A stretch of 64,000 nt of DNA, from assembly GCA_040397175.1 (NCBI GenBank), contig JBBAWM010000001.1:153976-217975 (forward strand). Reading direction: 5' to 3'. Position numbers and translations under genes: made by a program. The DNA is from Candidatus Limnocylindrus sp. (GTDB taxonomy: Bacteria > Chloroflexota > Limnocylindria > Limnocylindrales > Limnocylindraceae). Below the pieces are notes generated by a model, which saw nothing but the letters and a program-made list of their open reading frames with translations, did not search any database and was not told the origin of the DNA. This document shows, in pieces, positions 27,432-37,651 of this stretch (its first letter is position 1; every line of letters begins with the position of its first letter).

Positions 27432-28286
27432 TTGAGCGCCGTCGCACCCTTCTCCTGTTCGTGGTGCGGACTTCCCGTTTCTGCAACAACGCTCGAAGAC
27501 CTCTCCGCATGGACCCTGCTCTGTGCCGCCTGTCTTGAGCGTGCACCCGGCCAACCGTATCTGCGCGCAAAACTAAAAGAGGGGCTGCGTCGCCGCGCCG
27601 AAGGTGGGCAGCCACCCGTCGGCATTCCGCTTGCGCCAACGCCAGCCACGCCCGCGACCGCTGGCGCGCCTGAAGCTGGCGAGAGCGGTGTGCCAGCGCG
27701 GCTCGGCCTCCTCCCACCGCCACAACATCCAGACGAACTGGAGGCGTGGTACCTGAATCGCGCGCCGTACGATCGTGGACCACTCGGCGGCGCAACCTGG
27801 CAAGGTGAACTTGACCGCGCCGTACTCTGGCTTGACGCACTTCCATATGAAGGTCGCATCGTGGAGCTGGGTGCCGGAATCGGATTCTGGACCGTGCTGC
27901 TCGCGTCACGCGGTGAGACGAGCGCTTACGACGCGCGCGAAGATCGCCTGGAGCGCGCACGCCGCCGACTCATTGCGCACGGTCTCACCGCACATCTGCA
28001 CCCACGCGCACTCGACGCTGGCCCCGAAGGGGCGCCCGCCGGGCTCGTTGTGATGCCATTTGTGTTGAGCCAACTCGCCGCCGAGCCACGGGCGCGCATG
28101 ATCGACGTGGCCCATGCATGGTTGGCACCAGGTGGGCGGGTTGCCGTGATCGATCTCGCCCCGCCGAACTTTGATCCAGCGACGTTGGAACAGGCGGCGG
28201 GGGAGATGCTCGGGGCTCGATTCGCCGATCGCCGCGCCGAAGTACTCGGGCGGCACCTGGTGCTGATTGAGGCGATCGCGCGCTAG
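27432..28286 (+). CDS. Class I SAM-dependent methyltransferase with N-terminal CxxC...CxxC
   Basis: VELGAGIGFW motif I, LAPGGRV; CSWC and CAAC; TTG start uncertain. Confidence 0.65.
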   Translation: MSAVAPFSCSWCGLPVSATTLEDLSAWTLLCAACLERAPGQPYLRAKLKEGLRRRAEGGQPPVGIPLAPTPATPATAGAPEAGESGVPARLGLLPPPQHPDELEAWYLNRAPYDRGPLGGATWQGELDRAVLWLDALPYEGRIVELGAGIGFWTVLLASRGETSAYDAREDRLERARRRLIAHGLTAHLHPRALDAGPEGAPAGLVVMPFVLSQLAAEPRARMIDVAHAWLAPGGRVAVIDLAPPNFDPATLEQAAGEMLGARFADRRAEVLGRHLVLIEAIAR

Positions 28287-28292
28287 TGCCCC

Positions 28293-28682
28293 TTACGGGT
28301 GCAGCGTGTGCGAGTCGAGGAGTCGATTCAGCAGCTCTGGGAGCGCATCTTTCGTGAGACCCGCGGGACGAATCGGTGTCCCGCTGCCGATAGTGACGCC
28401 GATGATTGGATCGTCACTGTTGGTTCCCGCAGGGATCTCAAGGGCAGCCGCGGCGGCAAGTTCGGCCATCTGGTCGGCCGGAAGGGTGACGCGCTCGGTA
28501 TGCTCGCCGTGTGTCATGACGATGCGGCCATCGGGATAGATGAGCCCCTGCTCCTCCATGCCATTCGACCAGCTACGGGTAACGGTGTAAGCGGGGGTGC
28601 CGGCTGGCTCGGCGGCGCTGCTGCACGCCGCCAGGCTGATAGCGGCAACGAGGGTCAGGAGCAGCACGGCCAATCGCTTCAT
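28293..28682 (-). CDS. Hypothetical lipoprotein
   Basis: MKRLAVLLL...LAAC lipobox; ATG 6 nt after TATGAT. Confidence 0.7.
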   Translation of the reverse strand: MKRLAVLLLTLVAAISLAACSSAAEPAGTPAYTVTRSWSNGMEEQGLIYPDGRIVMTHGEHTERVTLPADQMAELAAAAALEIPAGTNSDDPIIGVTIGSGTPIRPAGLTKDALPELLNRLLDSHTLHP

Positions 28683-28723
28683 CGTGCGATCATACCTGCA
28701 GACAACCAAGTAAGGAGGAGAGG

Positions 28724-29380
28724 ATGACAGCACAGCGCGGGGGAGCCGAGGAGCGCCGCTCTCTTGAGGCGCAGCTTGATCGCATGCGTGGCATGCTCTT
28801 CGCCTATTCCAACCTGTTCTTTCGCCACATCACGATCTGGGGGATCGTCTGTGTTGCACTCCTCGCCATCTCAACGCAGCGTGGTGCCGCTCCCGTTGCT
28901 GCACTCGTCCTCTTTGTGGTGCCGTTCGCCTTTCTCGAGGCGGGCTACTACTTCTACTACACTGTATTCGCACGTCGACATGCCGAATTCATCGAGCGCA
29001 CACTTAACGCGCGCACTGGCCGCGAGACACTCGTCGCTCACAAACTTGAGGCCGCCTACTTCTATCCACCAGAGGCGCCGAAACTCGCCCTCCTCAGCTT
29101 TGGTCGCCTGAGCGGCTACACGAGCGCCATGACCATTGGGTACTCCATCGCTGCGCTCCTCCTCTGGGGAGCCGCGGCAAACCTCACCCTGGCCCAGGTT
29201 GTGGCAGGGGGCGTTGCCGGGATCGTGCCGATTGCCGCAGGCGTTTGGACCCTCCTGGTGACCGCCTACCTGCTCTGGCACTTCCTCTCCCGCCGTGACG
29301 AGGAGCGCCTCCTGGCCGCCCTACGGGTCGCCTACCCAGATGCGGTAGTCTCGCGGGGACGCGCCCGGTCAGGGCGCTAG
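28724..29380 (+). CDS. Hypothetical integral membrane protein (about 4 TM)
   Basis: 218-aa ORF with SD AGGAGG and hydrophobic segments. Confidence 0.65.
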   Translation: MTAQRGGAEERRSLEAQLDRMRGMLFAYSNLFFRHITIWGIVCVALLAISTQRGAAPVAALVLFVVPFAFLEAGYYFYYTVFARRHAEFIERTLNARTGRETLVAHKLEAAYFYPPEAPKLALLSFGRLSGYTSAMTIGYSIAALLLWGAAANLTLAQVVAGGVAGIVPIAAGVWTLLVTAYLLWHFLSRRDEERLLAALRVAYPDAVVSRGRARSGR

Positions 29381-29410
29381 CCGACCCACGGGCAGAGGAG
29401 TAGAGGCGAC

Positions 29411-31291
29411 GTGACCACCCCCGAATCGGGAGCACAGCACGGCACGGTTACCGAGCTTGATCGCGTCACGATTCGCTTCGCCGGCGACTCTGGCGATGGG
29501 ATGCAGCTGACCGGCTCGCAGTTCACCGCCACCACCGCACTCTTCGGCAACGACGTCTCCACCCTGCCGGATTACCCCGCCGAGATCCGCGCGCCGGCCG
29601 GCTCACTGCCAGGCGTTTCTGGATTCCAGATCAGCTTCTCGAGCGGCGACATTCATACACCGGGCGATCGCCCCGACGTGCTCGTCGCCATGAACCCGGC
29701 GGCCCTCAAGGTAAACCTTGGCGACCTAGTGCCAGGCGGCGCGATCATCGTGAACACCGACGCCTTCAACGACATCAACCTGCGCAAGGCTGGATTCACG
29801 GAAGATCCGCTGAAGAACCAGAGTCTGCAGGGCTACAATCTCTACGAAATTCCAATGTCGACGATGGTTGTCGGCGCGTGTGAAGGGCTGGGCCTTAGCA
29901 GCAAGCAGATTGAACTGACGAAGAACTTCTTCGCCCTCGGCGTGATGTTCTGGCTCTACGAGCGTTCGATGGCCGGCACCGAGAAGTGGATCGCCGAGAA
30001 GTTCGCCGGCAAGGATGCAATCGCCGAGGCAAACCGTCGCGCGCTCCATGCGGGCTACGCCTTTGGCGAGACGACCGAAATCTTCCACACGCACTACCGC
30101 GTCGCTGCGGCGCACCTACCACCAGGCACGTACCGCAACATCACCGGCAACGAGGCGACCGCCCTCGGCTTCGTCATGGCGTCGAAGCTCGCCGAGCGCG
30201 ACCTCTTCTTGGCGAGCTACCCGATCACGCCTGCGTCGGACATCCTGCATCAGCTCTCTTCGTACAAGCACCTCGGCATCAAGACGGTGCAGTCCGAAGA
30301 TGAGATCGCGGCAATCGGCGCGGCGGTTGGCGCGGCGTACGGCGGCGCGATGGGTATGACCACCACCTCGGGGCCAGGCATGGCACTGAAGGCCGAGATG
30401 CTCGGCCTCGCCGTCATGGTTGAGCTGCCGCTCGTCGTCGTTGATGTGCAGCGCGCCGGCCCGTCGACCGGCATGCCAACGAAGACAGAGCAGGGCGACC
30501 TGCTGATGAGCATGTTTGGCCGCAACTCCGATTCGCCGATTCCGGTGATTGCTCCAGCAACGCCGGCCGAGTGCTTCACCATGGCGATCGAGGCGTGGCG
30601 CATCGCGCTGCATCACATGACCCCAGTCGTCTTCTTGAGCGACGCCTTCTTGGCAACGGGCGCAGAGCCTTGGAGCATTCCGAATGTTGCTGATCTTCCT
30701 TCGATCAAGGTCGAGAACGCCCCCGCCTCCGACAAGCCAGGCTTCCGTCCGTATCAGCGCGACCCCGAGACGCTGGCTCGCCCATGGGCGGTCCCAGGAA
30801 CGCCGGGCCTTGAACACCGCATCGGTGGCCTGGAGAAGCTCGACGAGTTGGGCACCGTCAGCTACGACCCCGACAACCATCACCGCATGAACCTGCTGCG
30901 CGCCGAGAAGGTGGCGCGCGTCGCCCGCGACATTCCGCCGACCGAACTCTTCGGCGAGGAAACCGGCGACCTGCTCATCTTGGGCTGGGGCTCCACCTAC
31001 GGTTCGATTCGCTCGGCGGTGGAGCGCCTACAGTCGCGCGGCAAGCGCGTCAGCCACGCCCATCTGCGCTACCTGAATCCGCTGCCAAACGATCTCGGTG
31101 AGATGCTCAAGAACTTCACGCATGTGCTGATGCCCGAGCTCAACGCCGGGCAGCTGCGCATGCTCATTCGCGCCAAGTACCTGGTTGACGCCGTGGGCTT
31201 CAACCTTGTGCGCGGCAAGCCGTTCCAGATCGGTGAGATTGAGGCGAAGGCCGAGTCGATCCTCGGCGAGAGTGTGGAGGCCGCGAAGTGA
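29411..31291 (+). CDS. korA: 2-oxoacid:ferredoxin oxidoreductase alpha subunit
   Basis: FAGDSGDGMQLTG, YPITPAS, TTTSGPG, QRAGPSTGMPTK. Confidence 0.92.
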   Translation: MTTPESGAQHGTVTELDRVTIRFAGDSGDGMQLTGSQFTATTALFGNDVSTLPDYPAEIRAPAGSLPGVSGFQISFSSGDIHTPGDRPDVLVAMNPAALKVNLGDLVPGGAIIVNTDAFNDINLRKAGFTEDPLKNQSLQGYNLYEIPMSTMVVGACEGLGLSSKQIELTKNFFALGVMFWLYERSMAGTEKWIAEKFAGKDAIAEANRRALHAGYAFGETTEIFHTHYRVAAAHLPPGTYRNITGNEATALGFVMASKLAERDLFLASYPITPASDILHQLSSYKHLGIKTVQSEDEIAAIGAAVGAAYGGAMGMTTTSGPGMALKAEMLGLAVMVELPLVVVDVQRAGPSTGMPTKTEQGDLLMSMFGRNSDSPIPVIAPATPAECFTMAIEAWRIALHHMTPVVFLSDAFLATGAEPWSIPNVADLPSIKVENAPASDKPGFRPYQRDPETLARPWAVPGTPGLEHRIGGLEKLDELGTVSYDPDNHHRMNLLRAEKVARVARDIPPTELFGEETGDLLILGWGSTYGSIRSAVERLQSRGKRVSHAHLRYLNPLPNDLGEMLKNFTHVLMPELNAGQLRMLIRAKYLVDAVGFNLVRGKPFQIGEIEAKAESILGESVEAAK

Positions 31292-32319
31292 CCCAGTCTG
31301 AACTCCCGGTGCTGACGAAGAAGGACTTCGAGTCCGACCAGGATGTGCGCTGGTGCCCAGGGTGCGGTGACTACTCGATCCTGGCCCAAACCCAGAAGAC
31401 GATGCCCGACTTTGGCGTTGCCAAGGAGAAGATCGTCTTCATCTCCGGAATTGGCTGCTCGGGTCGCCTCCCGTACTACATGAACACCTATGGCTTCCAC
31501 ACCATCCACGGCCGTGCGGCAACCATTGCTACCGGCCTCAAGGCGGCACGCCCTGACCTGATGGTCTGGGTCATCACTGGCGACGGCGATGCGCTTTCCA
31601 TTGGTGGCAACCACCTCATTCATGCGCTGCGCCGTAACGTCGACATGAAGATGATCATGTTCAACAACCGCATCTACGGCCTCACCAAGGGGCAGGCTTC
31701 GCCAACCTCGCCGATCGGCAAGAAAACGAAGTCAACGCCGCTCGGCACCATCGAGACGCCAATCATTCCGCTCAACCTGGTTGCTGCCGCTGAGGCGAGC
31801 TTCATCGCGCGATCGGTCGACACGCACTCTGAGCACCTGCAAGAGATGATGCATCGCGCCGGCGAGCACTCCGGTGCAGCCTTCCTCGAAGTGCTGCAGA
31901 ACTGCAACATCTTCAACGACGGCGCATGGCGTGACTTCACCGATAAGTCGGTCAAAGAGGATCGCATGCTCGTACTAAAGCACGGCGAGCCGATGATCTA
32001 CGGCGCCGAGAAGAACAAGGGAATTCGCCTCAACGGTCTACGACCAGAGGTTGTGACGATCGGTGAGAACGGCGTGAGTGTTGCCGACCTCTGGGTGCAC
32101 GACGAGACCGACCCTGATGCCACGCGCACGCAGATCCTGAGCCGCATGTGGTGGCCCGACTTCCCCGTACCGGTTGGCGTCTTCCGTCGCGTGCCACGCC
32201 CAACGCACGACCAGCTGCTGATTGAGCAGATCGATGGAGCGAAGGCGGCGCGTGCCGCGAAGGGTCCTGTCGACCTGCAGAAGCTCCTCGCCTCCGGGGA
32301 GACCTGGACGGTCGAGTGA
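31288..32319 (+). CDS. korB: 2-oxoacid:ferredoxin oxidoreductase beta subunit
   Basis: WCPGCGD, SGIGCS, GDGDALSIGGNH, YGLTKGQ. Confidence 0.92.
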   Translation: MTQSELPVLTKKDFESDQDVRWCPGCGDYSILAQTQKTMPDFGVAKEKIVFISGIGCSGRLPYYMNTYGFHTIHGRAATIATGLKAARPDLMVWVITGDGDALSIGGNHLIHALRRNVDMKMIMFNNRIYGLTKGQASPTSPIGKKTKSTPLGTIETPIIPLNLVAAAEASFIARSVDTHSEHLQEMMHRAGEHSGAAFLEVLQNCNIFNDGAWRDFTDKSVKEDRMLVLKHGEPMIYGAEKNKGIRLNGLRPEVVTIGENGVSVADLWVHDETDPDATRTQILSRMWWPDFPVPVGVFRRVPRPTHDQLLIEQIDGAKAARAAKGPVDLQKLLASGETWTVE

Positions 32320-32729
32320 CCACGCCGCGCCTGCTGGTGCTGGCCGACGATCTGATCTGGTCCACTCGACTCGAAGGACAGGGGCGCACCCTTGGCGCTG
32401 ACGTGCATCGATTCACCACGCCAGCACCACTCCTCGCCGTTCTTGCTACCCACCCAGCAACCCCCACCGACCTGGTGGCGATTGACGCCACCGCCCGCGC
32501 CTACGACGCCGAGGCGGTGGTCCGAGAGGCGTCAGCCACCGGTGCCCGCGTCCTCGCCCTGGTGCAGCACGACGATCCTGAGGGGCGGGGGAGCCTGATC
32601 GCCGCAGGCGCGGTGCGCGCCATGCCGTACCGCGCGCTCTTTGAGCGCGGGCATGCGATCCTCGCAGGGTTACTTGATCTGCCGGTTCCGCCGGCGACGA
32701 GCCCAGCAACAACAGGGGAGGGTGCATGA
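32316..32729 (+). CDS. Hypothetical protein, degenerate receiver-like fold
   Basis: LLVLADDL...LVAID...AGA pattern; GTGA overlap with korB. Confidence 0.5.
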   Translation: MTTPRLLVLADDLIWSTRLEGQGRTLGADVHRFTTPAPLLAVLATHPATPTDLVAIDATARAYDAEAVVREASATGARVLALVQHDDPEGRGSLIAAGAVRAMPYRALFERGHAILAGLLDLPVPPATSPATTGEGA

Positions 32730-33973
32730 GCAACCGAAGCGCCGAGATCACCGCCGCCTATGACGCCGCGACTCCAGGCCTAGGTGCCGGTCATGCCCTT
32801 GAGGCGAAGCTCATCGGACCCGCCGCCTATGCTGCGCGACTCTCCGCCGCGCGCGACGCGGTGAACGACGCTGGCCTTGATGCGGTACTGCTCGGTTTCG
32901 GCGCTGACATGCGCTACCTCACCGGTTACGCCGCACCAGCACTTGAGCGACTCACCATGTTGGTGATTCCAGCGAACGGCGCACCATCACTCGTCGTGCC
33001 GCGACTCGAGGCGGGCATGGCCGGCGATGCGCCAGCGATGCGCGGTGGCCATGTGGCGTGCGTACCGTTCGGCGAGACCGACGATCCGTTCGCCCTTGTC
33101 GCAAGCGCAGTCAAGGCGGGCGGCCGACCAGGCCCTGCTGCGCGCGGCGTGGCTGTTTCGGATCGACTCTGGTCAACCTTCTTGATTCGCATTGAGGCGG
33201 CACTGCGCACGAATGGCGCAATCAACCAGACTCAACTTGCTTCTGCCGTGATCGGCAAGCTGCGCATGGTGAAGTCGGCCGAAGAGGCGGCACTGTTGCG
33301 CGGCGCAGGTCGTGCCGTCGACACCGTCATCATGGCGATCACCAGCGGCAAGCTGCTCGGTCGCACTGAGAACGATGTCGCGCGCGAAGTGCGCGAGCGA
33401 CTCACGGGTGCAGGGCACGAGGTCTCATCATTCGCCATCGTCGGCTCCGGCCCAAACTCGGCCTCGCCACACCACGAGGCCTCGTCACGCGTGATCAACG
33501 CAGGCGACGCCATCGTGCTCGACATCGGTGGCGTTTTCGGTGGCTATGGTTCCGACACCACCCGAACCATTTGGGTGACCGGGCCGAACGGTGCGGTGCC
33601 GCCAACGGATGACTTCCTGCGCCGCTACGAGATCCTGAAGCGCTCCCACCAGGCGGCGATGGATCATGTTCGCCCAGGGGTGAGCTGTGAAGCGGTCGAC
33701 GCCGCCGCCCGCGCCGTGATCGACGCGGCAGGGGAGGGGGCCCGCTTCTTCCACCGCACCGGGCACGGAATCGGCCTCGAGGAGCACGAGGATCCGTACA
33801 TCGTCGCGGGGAACACCACGAAGCTCGTTCCGGGCCACGCCTTCTCGATTGAGCCAGGCATCTACGTCGAGGGCGTCAACGGTGCTCGCATTGAAGACAT
33901 CGTCCTCTGCGGCGACAGCGCAGTAGATGCGTTGAACCACACCAAGCGCGACCTTTACGTGGTGGGCGGATGA
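32726..33973 (+). CDS. Xaa-Pro peptidase (M24B)
   Basis: YLTGY, SGPNSASPHH, DIGG...GSDTTRT, HRTGHGIGL, SIEPGIY, RIED. Confidence 0.9.
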   Translation: MSNRSAEITAAYDAATPGLGAGHALEAKLIGPAAYAARLSAARDAVNDAGLDAVLLGFGADMRYLTGYAAPALERLTMLVIPANGAPSLVVPRLEAGMAGDAPAMRGGHVACVPFGETDDPFALVASAVKAGGRPGPAARGVAVSDRLWSTFLIRIEAALRTNGAINQTQLASAVIGKLRMVKSAEEAALLRGAGRAVDTVIMAITSGKLLGRTENDVAREVRERLTGAGHEVSSFAIVGSGPNSASPHHEASSRVINAGDAIVLDIGGVFGGYGSDTTRTIWVTGPNGAVPPTDDFLRRYEILKRSHQAAMDHVRPGVSCEAVDAAARAVIDAAGEGARFFHRTGHGIGLEEHEDPYIVAGNTTKLVPGHAFSIEPGIYVEGVNGARIEDIVLCGDSAVDALNHTKRDLYVVGG

Positions 33974-34281
33974 ACGACGGTCCAGTCGCGAGCGCACAGC
34001 AGCAGGTCCGCCAGGCGACTCCGGCGCAGGTGCGTCGCATCGCCAAAGCGCGACCCTATGTGCCGCTGCACGACTTGCGACGAACCTATGGTTTGCCTGG
34101 CGACGAAGAGATCACCACGCGCATCGAGACGCCCGAAGGTCCAGCATGGATCGGTTTGCCAGAGCGCGAGGCACGAATCATCGAGAGCCTGGTGCGCGAA
34201 GGAGAGATCGCGCTGATCTTTGCAGACTCACCGCGAGCCCGCGTGGTGCTCGGCTTCCACAGCCTAACGCTGCACGCCTAA
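33970..34281 (+). CDS. Hypothetical protein
   Basis: 103-aa ORF with ATGA overlap to the peptidase gene. Confidence 0.55.
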   Translation: MNDGPVASAQQQVRQATPAQVRRIAKARPYVPLHDLRRTYGLPGDEEITTRIETPEGPAWIGLPEREARIIESLVREGEIALIFADSPRARVVLGFHSLTLHA

Positions 34282-34808
34282 GCGTCGACTCCTTCGCCGC
34301 GCAGCAGTGCGCGCTTGAAGGCAATCGGATCCGTTGCCCCAGGACGCCAGCTACTCCCAGCGCCGCCACCGAATCCACCAATGCCGTTTGACGCCAACAC
34401 GCGATGGCAGGGGATCAGCACGGGCACGCGGTTCTTGCCGAGTGCGCCACCGACGGCCCGCGCGGCACGTGGTGACCCACTCGCTGCTGCTATTTCGCTG
34501 TAGGTCGCCGTTTTGCCGAATCGCACGCCGGCGAGTGCACGCAAGACGCGCTGCTCAAACTCTGTTGCCCATGAAATGTCGACTGCGGCGAGTCGCTCGC
34601 GCGCAGTGAGCTGCCCACGTAGGGCGGCGTTCAGGATGCGGTTCACATCGCGCGCACTGGCGATCGGTCCAGCTGCGCGGCGGCCCACCGCAGCGTTGGC
34701 CACCGGCGCAAACGGCGCATGTGGGTCGAGGGCGATGGCGCAGATGCGGCCGTTCTCCACGGCCACGGGGAGAGCCCCCCACGGGCTCGACCACGAGTAG
34801 ATCTGCAT
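34278..34808 (-). CDS. ogt: Methylated-DNA-protein-cysteine methyltransferase
   Basis: TYSEIA, AARAVG, IPCHRV active site. Confidence 0.9.
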   Translation of the reverse strand: MQIYSWSSPWGALPVAVENGRICAIALDPHAPFAPVANAAVGRRAAGPIASARDVNRILNAALRGQLTARERLAAVDISWATEFEQRVLRALAGVRFGKTATYSEIAAASGSPRAARAVGGALGKNRVPVLIPCHRVLASNGIGGFGGGAGSSWRPGATDPIAFKRALLRGEGVDA

Positions 34809-34851
34809 GCGCGCAGCCTAGCCGCAGGGGCGTATCGCCCGGGTGAGGCGT

Positions 34852-34868
34852 ATACTCCCCCTGAGTAT
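34852..34868. promoter_or_regulatory. CsoR-like operator overlapping the copA -10 box and start codon
   Basis: ATACTC-CCCCT-GAGTAT inverted repeat with central C-tract; TATACT at 34851-34856. Confidence 0.55.
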
Positions 34869-37215
34869 GTCAACCGAACCGGCTCCTGCGGCACCTGCGG
34901 CCCCCGTGGCGGAGATTGCCCTCCCCGTCACCGGGATGACCTGCGCCTCGTGCGTGAACCGCGTGGAGCGATTCCTGAAGAAGGCCGACGGCGTGAGCGG
35001 GGCGAGCGTGAACCTTGCGACCTCGATGGCCACCATTCAGTACGCGCCTGAGGCAACGGGCGTTGCTGATCTCGCTGCGGTGATCAGCGCAGCTGGATAC
35101 GAGGTTCCCGCCGCAGCTCTCGCCCTCGCCGGACGCGAAGGAGACGCCGACGCACAAGAGGCGCGCCAAGCACTCGATGCTGAGCTCGTCGCCGCGCGCA
35201 CCAAAGAGACGCGCGGACTTCTCCGTGACGGAATCATCGCCACGATCTTCGGCTTCGGCGCGATGGCACTCATGTTGCAGCCGTGGTTCTTCATTAGCAT
35301 GGAGCGCATCAACTGGATCCTGATCGTGCCCTCCACCATCATTCAGTTCGCGGTCGGCTGGCGCTTCCACTCGCGCGCACTGCGCGCACTTCGTCACGGC
35401 TCGCTCACCATGGAGACACTCGTCAGTCTCGGCACGACGGCCGCATGGGGCTGGTCGGTGGCGATTACCCTCTTCCATTCGCAGCTGATGCGCGTTGGCG
35501 TTCCGGCGCACGCAACGTGGGATGCGGCAGCACTCATTCTCGGCTTTGTCGCACTCGGTCGCTGGATGGAGGCGCGCGCCAAGGAGCAGACCACCAGCGC
35601 GGTGCGCGGAATCCTCGCGCTGCAGCCACGAGAGGCAGAACTACTTGCAACCGCCGACGCACCAACCGCAACGACCATCGCCGTAAACAAGGTCATTGCT
35701 GGCGATCTGCTGCGCATTCGCCCTGGTGGTCGCATCCCAGTGGACGGCATCATCGTGAGCGGACGCGCCGCCGTCGATGAGTCGGCCATCACTGGCGAGT
35801 CACTTCCTGTCGAGCGCGGCCCAGGGAGCCGACTCGCTGCGGGCACGCTCCTCACCGATGCGTCGATCATCATGCGCGCGACGCAGGTAGGAGCAAACAC
35901 CACGTTGGCGCGCATCGTGGCCATGGTCGAGCGGGCACAGGGATCGAAGCCTGCGATTGCCCGTCTCGCCGATCGCATCTCAGAGGTGTTCGTTCCCGCC
36001 ATCCTGTTGATCGCCGTTGCCACCTTTGTTGGCTGGTATCTGCTCGGGGCCGAGCCGCGCCTCGTGCGCGCCGTGGCCACCGCCATCGCCGTGCTCGTGG
36101 TTGCCTGCCCCTGCGCAATGGGCCTCGCCACCCCCACCGCCGTGATCGCCGGCACCGGCCGCGGCGCTGAGGCGGGAATCCTCGTGCGCGACGCCGCCAT
36201 CCTCGAGGCGGCAGGGAAGCTGCGCGCCGTCGTCTGGGATAAGACCGGCACCCTCACCCTCGGCCAGCACGCCCTCGTCGGCCGCCTTGCTCTTACCACC
36301 GGTCCACTCGCTGGCGACACGGATCGCCTCCTGCAGATCGCCGCCGCCACCGAATCTTCATCGGAGCATCCACTCGCTCGCGCCATCGTCCGCGCAGCCG
36401 GAACGGTCGCAGTAAAGGCCACCGACTTCGCCATGCACGCAGGGCATGGCGTAAGCGCAACCGTCGATGGTGCAGCGGTGCGCATCGGCACCGAGGCCTT
36501 CACCGCCACGATCAACCCCGAGCTCACCAGGTGGGCATCAGGAGAGGCGGCTGCGGGACGCACGCCGCTCTTTATCTCAATGAACGGCGAATCTGCCGGC
36601 GCGCTCAGCCTTGCCGATACGGTTCGCCCAGAGAGCGCCGCCGCGATCCGTGCACTGAGCGCACGCGGCATTGAGTCGTGGATCATCAGCGGCGATCGCC
36701 AAGAGGTGGTGAACGCCATCGCCCACGACCTCAGCATTCCATCAGAGCGCGCCCGCGGCGGCATTCTTCCTGGCGGTAAGGGCGAGGCGATCGCCGAGAT
36801 TCGACGCAGCAGCAGTGGGCCCGTAGCGATGGTGGGAGATGGCGTGAACGACGCGCCAGCACTCGCCGCTGCTGACGTAGGTATCTCCATGGGTGGCGGA
36901 ACCGAGATCGCGATCGATGCATCGGCTGCAACCTTGAGCGGCGCAGACCCGCGCGGTGTGCCACTCCTCGTCGATCTTGCGCGCGCTACCACGCGCATCA
37001 TCAAGCAGAACCTTGGTTGGGCCTTTGGTTACAACATCATCCTGGTGCCACTCGCCGCCGGCCTCTTGCTCCCAACTTTCGGCATCGGACTTGACCCAGC
37101 ACTCGCCGCCGCCGCCATGGGTGGATCGAGCGTGACGGTGGTGCTGAATGCTCTGAGGCTGCGAAGGCTGCCGTTAGAACGCAACAACCTGAATCCTGTT
37201 AGGAATCCGCGTTAA
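34867..37215 (+). CDS. copA: Cu(I)-translocating P1B-type ATPase
   Basis: GMTCASC HMA, TGES, CPC, DKTGT, SEHP, GDGVND, YN and MxxSS motifs. Confidence 0.93.
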   Translation: MSTEPAPAAPAAPVAEIALPVTGMTCASCVNRVERFLKKADGVSGASVNLATSMATIQYAPEATGVADLAAVISAAGYEVPAAALALAGREGDADAQEARQALDAELVAARTKETRGLLRDGIIATIFGFGAMALMLQPWFFISMERINWILIVPSTIIQFAVGWRFHSRALRALRHGSLTMETLVSLGTTAAWGWSVAITLFHSQLMRVGVPAHATWDAAALILGFVALGRWMEARAKEQTTSAVRGILALQPREAELLATADAPTATTIAVNKVIAGDLLRIRPGGRIPVDGIIVSGRAAVDESAITGESLPVERGPGSRLAAGTLLTDASIIMRATQVGANTTLARIVAMVERAQGSKPAIARLADRISEVFVPAILLIAVATFVGWYLLGAEPRLVRAVATAIAVLVVACPCAMGLATPTAVIAGTGRGAEAGILVRDAAILEAAGKLRAVVWDKTGTLTLGQHALVGRLALTTGPLAGDTDRLLQIAAATESSSEHPLARAIVRAAGTVAVKATDFAMHAGHGVSATVDGAAVRIGTEAFTATINPELTRWASGEAAAGRTPLFISMNGESAGALSLADTVRPESAAAIRALSARGIESWIISGDRQEVVNAIAHDLSIPSERARGGILPGGKGEAIAEIRRSSSGPVAMVGDGVNDAPALAAADVGISMGGGTEIAIDASAATLSGADPRGVPLLVDLARATTRIIKQNLGWAFGYNIILVPLAAGLLLPTFGIGLDPALAAAAMGGSSVTVVLNALRLRRLPLERNNLNPVRNPR
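37069..37182 (+). repeat. Direct repeat copy 1 (3' end of copA)
   Basis: Ungapped 114-bp alignment to 40291-40404, 15 mismatches by manual count. Confidence 0.92.
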
Positions 37216-37270
37216 AACCTGCTAACTTCTCCGTATCTGAACCAGATTCTGAGTAAGGGGAGGTAAGAAA

Positions 37271-37651
37271 ATGCGTCGCAACAAGTACTTGGGGCTAATC
37301 TCGGGTGGGGTCGCCAGCCTAGTTCTAGCGTCGGCCGCCATTGCTAGTTCGATCGGCCCAAACACGCCTACCAGTCAGGGTCCAGGCTGGAATTCAATTA
37401 CATACCAAGCGACTAATACTACGTTCAGTATTCGAAATTGCTCAGCATCAGCTTCAACTTTGACGTTCGAGGTCATGAGGCACTGGCTGTTTTCCCCTAG
37501 TACTGGCACTGGTAAGAAAACCTACACGTGCAGTTCATCGTCAACGTATGTCTCAAAAACTTGGAGCAACACCGTGGGTGACTATAGCGTCGAATACAGC
37601 CCTTGGATCAATAGCGCGACGGTAAGCCTGACCTATTTCATCTCGTATTAA
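37271..37651 (+). CDS. Small secreted Ser/Thr-rich protein with two Cys
   Basis: Sec signal MRRNK...SAAIA; strong SD GGGGAGGT; TAATG coupling to the ABC gene. Confidence 0.75.
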   Translation: MRRNKYLGLISGGVASLVLASAAIASSIGPNTPTSQGPGWNSITYQATNTTFSIRNCSASASTLTFEVMRHWLFSPSTGTGKKTYTCSSSSTYVSKTWSNTVGDYSVEYSPWINSATVSLTYFISY

